Source: Fidelibacterota bacterium
GTDB taxonomy: Bacteria; Fidelibacterota; UBA2242; JAFGTP01
DNA: 35,825 nucleotides
Assembly: GCA_021735285.1 (NCBI GenBank)
Contig: JAIPHI010000002.1
Location: 1-35,825, forward strand
Direction: 5' to 3'
Position numbers and translations under genes: made by a program. Of this stretch, positions 19,601-25,679 are shown one piece after another. The first letter of the stretch is position 1. Each line of letters opens with the position of its first letter. The notes beneath the pieces are model-generated. The model saw nothing but the letters and a program-made list of their open reading frames with translations, did not search any database and was not told where the DNA came from.

Positions 19601-20053
19601 TATTTGTCTAAAATCAAGATCTTTTACCTTATTATATGTTTCCTTTACATTTTCTACTATTAAGTCTTGTGAAAATTGAGATTGTTTTGTATTCCAGAGC
19701 TGAATAGCGTTCAGCAGAGAATCGCCAATTTCCTCAAAGTGGTCGCCAACATAATCAGCCAGTTTCTGATCACTATAGCGAGAGAGATTGTTTGTTATAA
19801 TCAGAATGTATTCGATAATTATAGTTAATAAGGAAAGACCACCAAGGAAAATAAATGACTTTGCAACTATTGTTTTGACTGTCGGGGGCAGGTATAAAAA
19901 TCCTTCCAGGGTTAGGAGCACGAAACCGACCAAGAGTGTCGCAAAAATTAGATATAGAAAATGCTTGAAAAAGGCATAGCCTGCCAATCTATACCTTAGA
20001 TTATTTAATTTTTTCTTAATTTTATTATATATTATTTCTTTATCTTCTATCAT
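16646..20053 (-). CDS. 1135-aa membrane protein: three N-terminal TM segments, a beta-rich middle and a ~550-aa K/E/Q-rich coiled coil (DUF4175-like architecture)
   Basis: Uninterrupted ORF with TM segments at about aa 27-53, 63-87 and 158-177. A beta-rich region spans about aa 190-520, and charged, Gln-rich heptad-like sequence spans about aa 520-1075 (QQMAQQQQKLNQQTQQMQ...). The C-terminal motif is YEELIRLYFEEL. Its ATG overlaps the DUF4159-like stop (TAATG). Confidence 0.6.
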   Translation of the reverse strand: MIEDKEIIYNKIKKKLNNLRYRLAGYAFFKHFLYLIFATLLVGFVLLTLEGFLYLPPTVKTIVAKSFIFLGGLSLLTIIIEYILIITNNLSRYSDQKLADYVGDHFEEIGDSLLNAIQLWNTKQSQFSQDLIVENVKETYNKVKDLDFRQIVSIDQFAGVLKLLTGELLLISVILLPFRTYYLNAAKRISHPDKKFEVPLPFTIQNLSDQNNILGGDTVRFEFKCQGNYPHQLQLGLRYEDYKKIETVPIDSNGYGTFTLQNVRRNFKYEAFVENHSIFIPWDRISSNIDSIIVTDRPEIIAIQSRIEYPEYTGKEEKVQDTKKTEYFALPGSEITFTLQSNKELEQGAIIIDDSTNIAMNISDHTAVGSFQIDGNHAFHFKIYDPNGVSNIKPISYNITTIPDKYPRLNVLSPSGDIKLDESMNIPITAQIGDDFGISKLNIQFKIHRKYDQNKNQYKYQAMDYDPKTNSLQEVFYDWDLNAYNLSPEDKIQFKIIVADNDRIKGPKKTKSKLFTALFPSLNDLYSDVKNEQQGIYKEGQEIISQLKSTKEVIEKAHRKLLKNRKISWEQKQQIKEEMKKTGKLEKKMEEISNKIEKVIKKAQKNNLFDKETLQKYMQLQETFQEIMSPELKKAMQDLQKAVDQMNPNKTKKALEKFQVSRDDFEKEIDRQMELFKKIKAEQAMDELVKRIEDVTKRQEEMSKKLDTVSSDQTNRLAKQESDIQNDTEIAEDIMRRTTKDMENIPLMPHEKMQSILDQMEKQDITGQMKQIQQNLQNKQRQQAQNKSQQTEQQLKQFQQQLQQMRENYKKNSMQAIAQEFHKVIKNSLNLAKKQEDLNQKIKQTPAHSSRLMDVAVEQDRLRSNLNNLLQQMNELSKQTMGLSSKIGQVMGQSYNNMNQSIRAMEDRDTRQAAKNGQGALRSLNMGSKIMLSSLQNLQSSGSSTGFENYMKRLQQMAQQQQKLNQQTQQMQGSGSQPSLFGQGQSGLQQLAARQQQIRKSLEELQKQSQGQAQGSGKSLEGAGKDMEKVIEDLRNNKILQKTLDRQNRILTRMLDAQKSLRTQGYKKKRKSTSAEDQEYTGPATLPSDLGEKENYLRQRLEEALSNNYSHEYEELIRLYFEELSNNNNQKETTE

Positions 20054-20745
20054 TATTGTGTTAATGAATACAGAATTATATTTGTTCCCATTTGAAGAGC
20101 TGCTTTTCTTTTTTGTGGTGGATCATTGTGTACATCAGGCGATTCCCAGCCATCGCCCAGATCGGTTTCATAGCTATAAAATACCACCAGCCTCTCTTTA
20201 TAAAAGATGCCAAATCCCCGGGCCGCTTTCCCATCATGCTCGTGTATTTTGGGCATTCCATTGGGGAACTTATAAAATATATTATAAATTGGATGGCTGG
20301 CAGGTAGTTCTACCAATTCATTATTCGGGAAAACGCGCTTGATTTCTCTTCTGAAGGATTCATCCAAACCATAATTATCATCAGCGTGTAAAAAGCCACC
20401 ATTTTGTAAATGTTTTCTTAATCTCAGCACTTCTTCTTGAGAAAACTTAATATTACCATGTCCGCTAATATATAAATAGGGATAGGAGAAAAAATCTTCA
20501 TCCATGATTGATACTCTTTTCTCATCCATTGTTGTTTCTATCGGAGCATTCTTATTGGCGAAAGCCAATAAATTAGGAAGGGAACTGGGATCGCAGTACC
20601 AATCTCCGCCACCATCATATTTTATACGGGCAATTGTGAACTTTTGCTCTGTGGTTTTAGATTGACTATATAAAGGAATAAGAAGCGAGAAAATATAAAC
20701 TCCCAGATATATCAGAAAAATAAAATTTTTAAATGTTTTTCTCAT
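20053..20745 (-). CDS. DUF4159-like exported protein
   Basis: 230 aa with a signal peptide. The motifs RIKYDGGGDW, YPYLYISGHGNIKFSQEE and LRKHLQNGGFLHADDNYG match my recollection of DUF4159. It is the first gene of the operon. Confidence 0.7.
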   Translation of the reverse strand: MRKTFKNFIFLIYLGVYIFSLLIPLYSQSKTTEQKFTIARIKYDGGGDWYCDPSSLPNLLAFANKNAPIETTMDEKRVSIMDEDFFSYPYLYISGHGNIKFSQEEVLRLRKHLQNGGFLHADDNYGLDESFRREIKRVFPNNELVELPASHPIYNIFYKFPNGMPKIHEHDGKAARGFGIFYKERLVVFYSYETDLGDGWESPDVHNDPPQKRKAALQMGTNIILYSLTQ

Positions 20746-20866
20746 CTATCCAATTCATTTTAATTCTCAATTGCGTGGGAAAGGTAAAAAATAATAACGA
20801 GATTCCAAATAATTAAATCATTGACTATATGAGATTGGGGTTCATTTTTGAAAGTATGCGGTTTGA

Positions 20867-21139
20867 GAAAATCCTGATCTCTGCGCCCTGGCCAATCCCA
20901 TTCCCTATATTAATGAAAGTGATCCACCCTTTCTAACCATCCATGGTGATGAAGGCCCCCTGGTTCCCCTTTATCAGAGCGAAATACTCCACAAAGTTTT
21001 AAGGGAACAGGTTGTAATTAGTGAATTGATTGTCGTGCCAGGTGGTAAGCATGGGCCTGGTGTTTGGGAAGATAAATATATAAAAAAGATAATCTCATTC
21101 TTTGTGGAAATGAAGAATAAGAAAATTGATGTTGAATAA
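20867..21139 (+). pseudogene. C-terminal remnant (~90 codons) of an alpha/beta-hydrolase (esterase / S9-peptidase-like) gene
   Basis: Not in the ORF track because it has no start codon. The frame from 20867 reads ENPDLCALANPIPYINESDPPFLTIHGDEGPLVPLYQSEILHKVLREQVVISELIVVPGGKHGPGVWEDKYIKKIISFFVEMKNKKIDVE*. A TGA sits immediately upstream at 20864-20866. There is no ATG/GTG/TTG in frame before the last third, and the nucleophile-Ser part is missing. Confidence 0.7.
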
Positions 21140-21217
21140 TACAATGTCTTTACAATCGGAGCCTTACTATTTTAGGACCAATATTACTCTGCTAGTGAAA
21201 TAAGTCTAACATGTTTG

Positions 21218-21895
21218 TCAACTGAATTCTTCCACAAATTTGTGATAGTCAAAGATGATTAATTTGCGTCCCTTTTTCTCTAAAAATCCATTCCGTTCAA
21301 ATTTTTTCAAAGTCCGGGAGACAGTCTCCCTTGAAGTTCCAGCCATATTAGCGATGTCTTTTTGATAGGGTAGGTCTTCGATTTCCACCTGCCCCCGTTT
21401 GATTGTGCCCAGCTCCTCCGAAAGTCGAATAATACTCATAGCTATTTTATGCTCTGCATTACTCAGGCTAAGATCTTTGATTAGTTGATCTGATTTTCTG
21501 AGTCGGTTTGCCATTTCTTCGAGAATATAGATTGAAATATCAGGATGCGATTTTAATAGATTCATGAAATCCTGACGGGTTAAACGTAAAACCTCGCTTT
21601 CCTCCAGAGATGTTACATTGGCTGATCTAGTCGTACCCCCAAGAATTGCCATTTCACCAAAAAATTCTCCCTCGCCCAAAATTGAAAGGATCACTTCATC
21701 GCCGTCTGAATTTATTCGAGTGACTTTTACCCGGCCGCTTTTGATCAAATAAAGATTACTTCCGCTCTCCTCTTCAAATAGGATCATTTCATCTTTGTTA
21801 TAATGCTTCTTGCTAACAATTTTAGATATTTTTTCTAAATTTTCATCGTTAAGTCGATAAAATATCGGTATTTTCCTTAGTTCTTTAATTTCCAT
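21218..21895 (-). CDS. Crp/Fnr-family transcriptional regulator (cNMP-binding type, no Fe-S cysteine cluster)
   Basis: 225 aa. It has a cNMP-binding signature (FFGEMAILGGTTRSANV) and a C-terminal HTH with recognition helix SRETVSRTLKKF. ATG start, 13 nt after the GerW-like stop. Confidence 0.9.
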   Translation of the reverse strand: MEIKELRKIPIFYRLNDENLEKISKIVSKKHYNKDEMILFEEESGSNLYLIKSGRVKVTRINSDGDEVILSILGEGEFFGEMAILGGTTRSANVTSLEESEVLRLTRQDFMNLLKSHPDISIYILEEMANRLRKSDQLIKDLSLSNAEHKIAMSIIRLSEELGTIKRGQVEIEDLPYQKDIANMAGTSRETVSRTLKKFERNGFLEKKGRKLIIFDYHKFVEEFS

Positions 21896-21908
21896 TGTTT
21901 AACCCTAT

Positions 21909-22271
21909 TTATTCTTTGTTCTTCTTTTCCTTATCTTCGCCTTTTTTTGAGAATTTATCCACGATTTTAGGTATCATATTTATAAATTTTGAATAGTCGG
22001 TACTACCTTTTTTGAGGTTAATAACTTTTACATCATCGCCTTGTATAGTTATTACAGCGACAGGCTCGATATTAGCTCCGCCTCCGGTAGCACTGGCTTC
22101 TCCTTCTTGCTCAGCTTTCGATTGGCCGCCTCCAGCTCCAAAACCGAGGGAAATCTTTGTTAATGGTATAATAGTCGTTTCTCCTGATTCTACCGGGTGG
22201 CCTATCACAGTTTCGGATTCAACAATACTTTTTAAATTAGTTAGCATTTTTTCTACAAGTTCTTCCACCAT
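21909..22271 (-). CDS. GerW/YtfJ-family protein
   Basis: 120 aa. ETVIGHPVESGETTIIPLTKISLGFGAGGG...GGGANIEPVAVITIQGDDVKV is the characteristic YtfJ/GerW pattern. AAGGAG SD 5 nt upstream. Confidence 0.8.
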   Translation of the reverse strand: MVEELVEKMLTNLKSIVESETVIGHPVESGETTIIPLTKISLGFGAGGGQSKAEQEGEASATGGGANIEPVAVITIQGDDVKVINLKKGSTDYSKFINMIPKIVDKFSKKGEDKEKKNKE

Positions 22272-22917
22272 GACTGCTCCTTTTAAATTTTTTAATTAAA
22301 TTATTTCGTAAAACATCGAAACCCAGGGGCAATAATTTAACTAAATAAAGTTCTAAAGTAATTTTTGCATTTCCTGCTAGTCTGTAATCAAAAAAATCAG
22401 GTTCAATTTTAATCTTTTTCAGCTTCGGTATAATATACCAAATTGAGTTATAAAAACCTAGCATTAAACCAGTAAGATAGGGTGATCCTAAACCAATTTT
22501 TACATTCCCCTCTACTTCGAAATCTATAATTTTATAGTAAACCTTTTTAATTATATTTTTTATGTAATTGCGCTGAGCTAATAATTGTTTAAAATCCTGA
22601 TAAGTATCCTTTTTCTTTTTATCCTGTTTTTTCTTTTGTGTTACACTTTTTTTCTGATAGTCGGAGCTTTTTTTGCTGAATTTAAAAGGAATATTAAAAA
22701 AATATATTACATATTTATTCTCCGCAAAGAGATATCTAAAACTAAATATCCTTAATATTTTCACAATATCTAAAGCAATAGAGATATACTTATTATTACC
22801 TGTAGCTTGAAGGTATAAAGTGATTTTTGTTTTGCCCAGGAAGAGCAAAAGTAGAAAAGCAAAACTTAATAAAAATAAAATTCCAAGCAACTTTAATGTT
22901 ATCAGGAAAAAATACAT
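22237..22917 (-). CDS. DUF2953/YtfI-like membrane protein
   Basis: I truncate the ORF-track ORF (to 23082) to the ATG at 22915-22917 (MYFFLITLKLLGILFLL...), which has an AAGGA SD 4 nt upstream. The longer form would run through the rpsT start. The protein has an N-terminal TM segment, a K-rich linker and a KIGLGSPYLTGLMLGFYNSIW motif. It overlaps the GerW-like gene by 35 nt. Confidence 0.6.
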   Translation of the reverse strand: MYFFLITLKLLGILFLLSFAFLLLLFLGKTKITLYLQATGNNKYISIALDIVKILRIFSFRYLFAENKYVIYFFNIPFKFSKKSSDYQKKSVTQKKKQDKKKKDTYQDFKQLLAQRNYIKNIIKKVYYKIIDFEVEGNVKIGLGSPYLTGLMLGFYNSIWYIIPKLKKIKIEPDFFDYRLAGNAKITLELYLVKLLPLGFDVLRNNLIKKFKRSSHGGRTCRKNAN

Positions 22918-22925
22918 GTTTTCCT

Positions 22926-22939
22926 TTGATATTAATCTA
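22926..22939. promoter_or_regulatory. FNR/CRP-family-like box TTGAT-ATTA-ATCTA (9/10 match to TTGAT-N4-ATCAA)
   Basis: It lies directly upstream of the SD of the DUF2953-like gene, the first gene of the operon that ends with the Crp/Fnr regulator. It is also about 75-88 bp upstream of the divergent rpsT start. It was the best such match I found by eye in the window. Confidence 0.3.
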
Positions 22940-23013
22940 TAAGATACATAAATTTCCTTGCTATTTACCAGACATAAGATAATACGAAATTTTAGTAAAG
23001 TGAAAGGATTTAT

Positions 23014-23268
23014 ATGGCAAGAACAAAATCGGTTCAAAAAAGAATCCGACAGGCAGAAAAAGCCAGAAAAAGGAATCGACATTTTAAAACACTAATGAAA
23101 AATAAAGTAAAAAAGTTTATGGCAATCGAGGACAAAGAAAAAGCAAAAGAAGCCATCTCAGAAACAGTATCAGTTGTTGATAAAATGGTCACCAAAGGAA
23201 TTATCCATAAAAATAAAGCAGCCCGGGAAAAATCTAAACTTGCCCGTCATCTGAGAAATCTTTCCTAA
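23014..23268 (+). CDS. rpsT: 30S ribosomal protein S20
   Basis: 84 aa. MARTKSVQKRIRQAEKARKRNRHFKT... is a canonical S20 N-terminus. GAAAGGA SD. Confidence 0.95.
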   Translation: MARTKSVQKRIRQAEKARKRNRHFKTLMKNKVKKFMAIEDKEKAKEAISETVSVVDKMVTKGIIHKNKAAREKSKLARHLRNLS

Positions 23269-23301
23269 CTTACCTCATTATTAATAAGAATATTTAATTA
23301 A

Positions 23302-23328
23302 AGTCTGATCTAATAGGTCAGGCTTTTT
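23302..23328 (+). terminator. Rho-independent terminator of rpsT
   Basis: AGTCTGATC-TAATA-GGTCAGGCT forms a 9-bp stem including two G-U pairs, followed by TTTT. It lies 34 nt after the rpsT stop. Confidence 0.65.
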
Positions 23329-23355
23329 CTATTTTTATTTCATATTTTAGAGTAT

Positions 23356-23392
23356 AAAAAAGGACTGACTTTATAGGAGTCAGTCCTTTTTG
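23356..23392. terminator. Bidirectional hairpin terminator (serves htpG on the minus strand and backs up rpsT)
   Basis: Perfect 10-bp stem AGGACTGACT-TTATAGG-AGTCAGTCCT, flanked by AAAAA on the left and TTTTT on the right. It lies about 40 nt downstream of the htpG stop. Confidence 0.8.
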
Positions 23393-23428
23393 GTTTTATT
23401 TATATTTTTTAGCACATGAGAATATTAT

Positions 23429-25297
23429 TTATTCAGTCGCCTTTGTCATTAGCTCATTCATCCGTTTTACAAATTCAGCCGGGTCATCTAGATTTCCGTC
23501 CAATAACAAAGTCGATTCATATAATTGTAAAATAGTCTTCCGTAATGTTTCGTCGGTACTATTACCAATATTTAGTCTATTAAGATTTCTGATAATAGGA
23601 TGGCTGGGATTAATTTCTAATATTTTCTTCTGATTTAAGTTGCCTTGCTGATTCATCATTTTCATCATTCTTTCTACCTGTGGATCCATCCCATCTTTTC
23701 CAACTACCAGGGTTGCAGGTGAGCTTACCAATCTTTTTGAAGCCTTTACATCTTCTACTCTATTTCCAAGGGTCTCTTTGAAAACATCAATTAAGGATTC
23801 CAGCGGCTTTCCTGAAAGTTCTTCTTGATCACTTTTTTTCTCTTTTTTAGTTCTATCGAAATCTATATCCGCTTTTTCTATCGACTTAAATTCCTTATCC
23901 TCATATTCATCAAGAGAACTGGATATAAGGGCGTCAACAGGATGAATGAAATATAACACTTCGATACCATTATCAATAAAGTATTCCAGATTTGGATTCT
24001 TTTCAACCACCTCACGATTATCACCGGTGATATAATATATCTCATCTTGTTCATCATCCATTCTTTCTACATAATCCTGTAAGGATGTATATACGCCTTT
24101 GTCGGTATGTGTTGATTCATACCGGAGGAGATTCATGATCCGGTCTTTATTACTGAAATCAGTGTTTATACCTGTTTTGAATAGAGGCCCGAAATTTTTA
24201 AAGAATTTTTCATATTTACCCGGATCATTCTTAGCCCAATCCTCAAGCATTCCGAGAATCTTTTTGGCTAAAATGTTTTTAATTTTACTCATTGCGGGAC
24301 TATGTTGTGTGGTTTCTCGAGAAATATTGAGGGGCAGGTCTTTTGTATCGACTACACCGGAGATAAAACGGAGATATTCCGGAAGCAATTCATTGCCTGC
24401 ATCATCTTGAATGAAAACTCGATTAGCATATAAATGCAGACCTTTCTTATTTTGAATATCTTGAAATAAATCATAAGGAGCCTGTGACGGAACGAACAAA
24501 AGTGCTTTAAAATTGACAACACCTTCCAGATCCAGATGGAGATGGCCTAATGGATCCTGATAATCCATGGTTACGAATTTATAAAATTCATTAAGGTCTT
24601 CCTCTGAAATATTTTTTTCTTTTTTACGCCAGAGTGCCTGGATCGTATTTTCTCTGTTACCATTAATGTAAATTGGGAAATCTACAAAATTAGAATATTT
24701 TTTGATTACATTTTTAACCCGGGCATCATTACTGAATTCTTCATAATCTTCATCAAGTTTAAAGCTGATTTTTGTCCCTCTCTTTTCGCGATCACTTTCT
24801 TCGATTGTGTAGCCGCTTTTACCGTCTGAAATCCAACGCCAGGCCTTGGCTCCCGGTTCAGCAGAACGAGTTTCGATTATAACCTGGTCTGTGACCATAA
24901 AGGTGGCATAAAAGCCCACTCCGAATCTCCCAATTATATCTGCGTCAATTTCTTTATCCTGAGCTCTGATCTCTTTCAATTTTTTTAAGGTTCCGGAGTT
25001 AGCAACGGTTCCGATATCTTCAATCAATTGGGATTTTGTCATTCCTATGCCTGTATCTTCTATGGAAAAGGTGTCCTTATCTTCGTCAGTTTCTATTCTA
25101 ATCTCAAGATCTGCTTCAGGATCGATAATATTTTTATCTGTTAGCTTTCGAAATCTTAGACGATTGAGTGCATCTGAAGCATTAGATACTAATTCTCTTA
25201 AAAATACTTCCGGATGTTTGTATAGAGAATGGGTTATCAAATCTAAAAGCTGGCTTAATTCAGCTCTGAAAGCATGCTCTTCTTTTCCTTTTGTCAT
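23429..25297 (-). CDS. htpG: Molecular chaperone HtpG (Hsp90)
   Basis: 622 aa. The N-terminal GHKL ATPase signature is FRAELSQLLDLITHSLYKHPEVFLRELVSNASDAL, with DTGIGMT and GRFGVGFYA. AAAGGAG SD. Confidence 0.95.
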   Translation of the reverse strand: MTKGKEEHAFRAELSQLLDLITHSLYKHPEVFLRELVSNASDALNRLRFRKLTDKNIIDPEADLEIRIETDEDKDTFSIEDTGIGMTKSQLIEDIGTVANSGTLKKLKEIRAQDKEIDADIIGRFGVGFYATFMVTDQVIIETRSAEPGAKAWRWISDGKSGYTIEESDREKRGTKISFKLDEDYEEFSNDARVKNVIKKYSNFVDFPIYINGNRENTIQALWRKKEKNISEEDLNEFYKFVTMDYQDPLGHLHLDLEGVVNFKALLFVPSQAPYDLFQDIQNKKGLHLYANRVFIQDDAGNELLPEYLRFISGVVDTKDLPLNISRETTQHSPAMSKIKNILAKKILGMLEDWAKNDPGKYEKFFKNFGPLFKTGINTDFSNKDRIMNLLRYESTHTDKGVYTSLQDYVERMDDEQDEIYYITGDNREVVEKNPNLEYFIDNGIEVLYFIHPVDALISSSLDEYEDKEFKSIEKADIDFDRTKKEKKSDQEELSGKPLESLIDVFKETLGNRVEDVKASKRLVSSPATLVVGKDGMDPQVERMMKMMNQQGNLNQKKILEINPSHPIIRNLNRLNIGNSTDETLRKTILQLYESTLLLDGNLDDPAEFVKRMNELMTKATE

Positions 25298-25679
25298 TTG
25301 TAAAATCTCCTTTTATCCTTTATTAATTTTAAACAGCGTAAGAATTGAGTAACGAAATTTATGCCATTTGTTGTTTTTCCGACAAAATGTCATAAATACA
25401 TCAACTTTGTTAGTCTTGCCAGATTAAAAGACAAAAGCGGAACTGAATTAAATCAAACTAGCACCAATTTGATTTTACTGGTTTATGGCAATGGGAGGCA
25501 TTTATTTTATTAATTACAGGAATAAAATTTTCTGATTTTTAATAATTTAAACTCTTTAGGTAATTTAAATTAAATACATAAATGGATATAACACAATATC
25601 TTAAAAATATAAACTATGTTTGGTATAGAATTGGATGTATATATAGTTACGAGATGGGTATTTAAAGATTGAGGATAAA

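Noticed and set aside
17510-19979. Cluster of plus-strand ORFs (17510-17785, 17804-18031, 17883-18080, 18255-18446, 18914-19183, 19788-19979), plus similar antisense ORFs inside other genes (e.g. 912-1234, 2470-2703, 4597-4854, 5364-5998, 7700-7903, 9226-9585, 12997-13224, 13883-14098, 15237-15476, 20058-20342, 22012-22299, 24099-24410, 25047-25352, 25601-25888, 26772-27269, 28012-28281, 30502-30747, 31244-31465, 32734-33006, 34422-34646, 35010-35198)
   Set aside because: These are shadow ORFs antisense to, or out of frame within, long well-supported genes. Their products are low-complexity L/S/F-rich sequence with no SD. The cluster in the giant gene is a by-product of its repetitive Gln/Lys/Glu codons.
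22918-23082. N-terminal 55-codon extension of the DUF2953-like ORF (track coordinates 22237..23082)
   Set aside because: The extension runs antisense through the rpsT start and SD, is Cys/Phe-rich junk and has no SD. The internal ATG at 22917 has an AAGGA SD and begins exactly at the predicted TM segment.
25298-25679. Heat-shock operator (CIRCE) or other structured element in the htpG-pckA divergent region
   Set aside because: I found no TTAGCACTC-N9-GAGTGCTAA-like sequence. There is only an imperfect AT-rich dyad (ATGCCATTTGTTG...CGACAAAATGTCAT). It is too degenerate to call.
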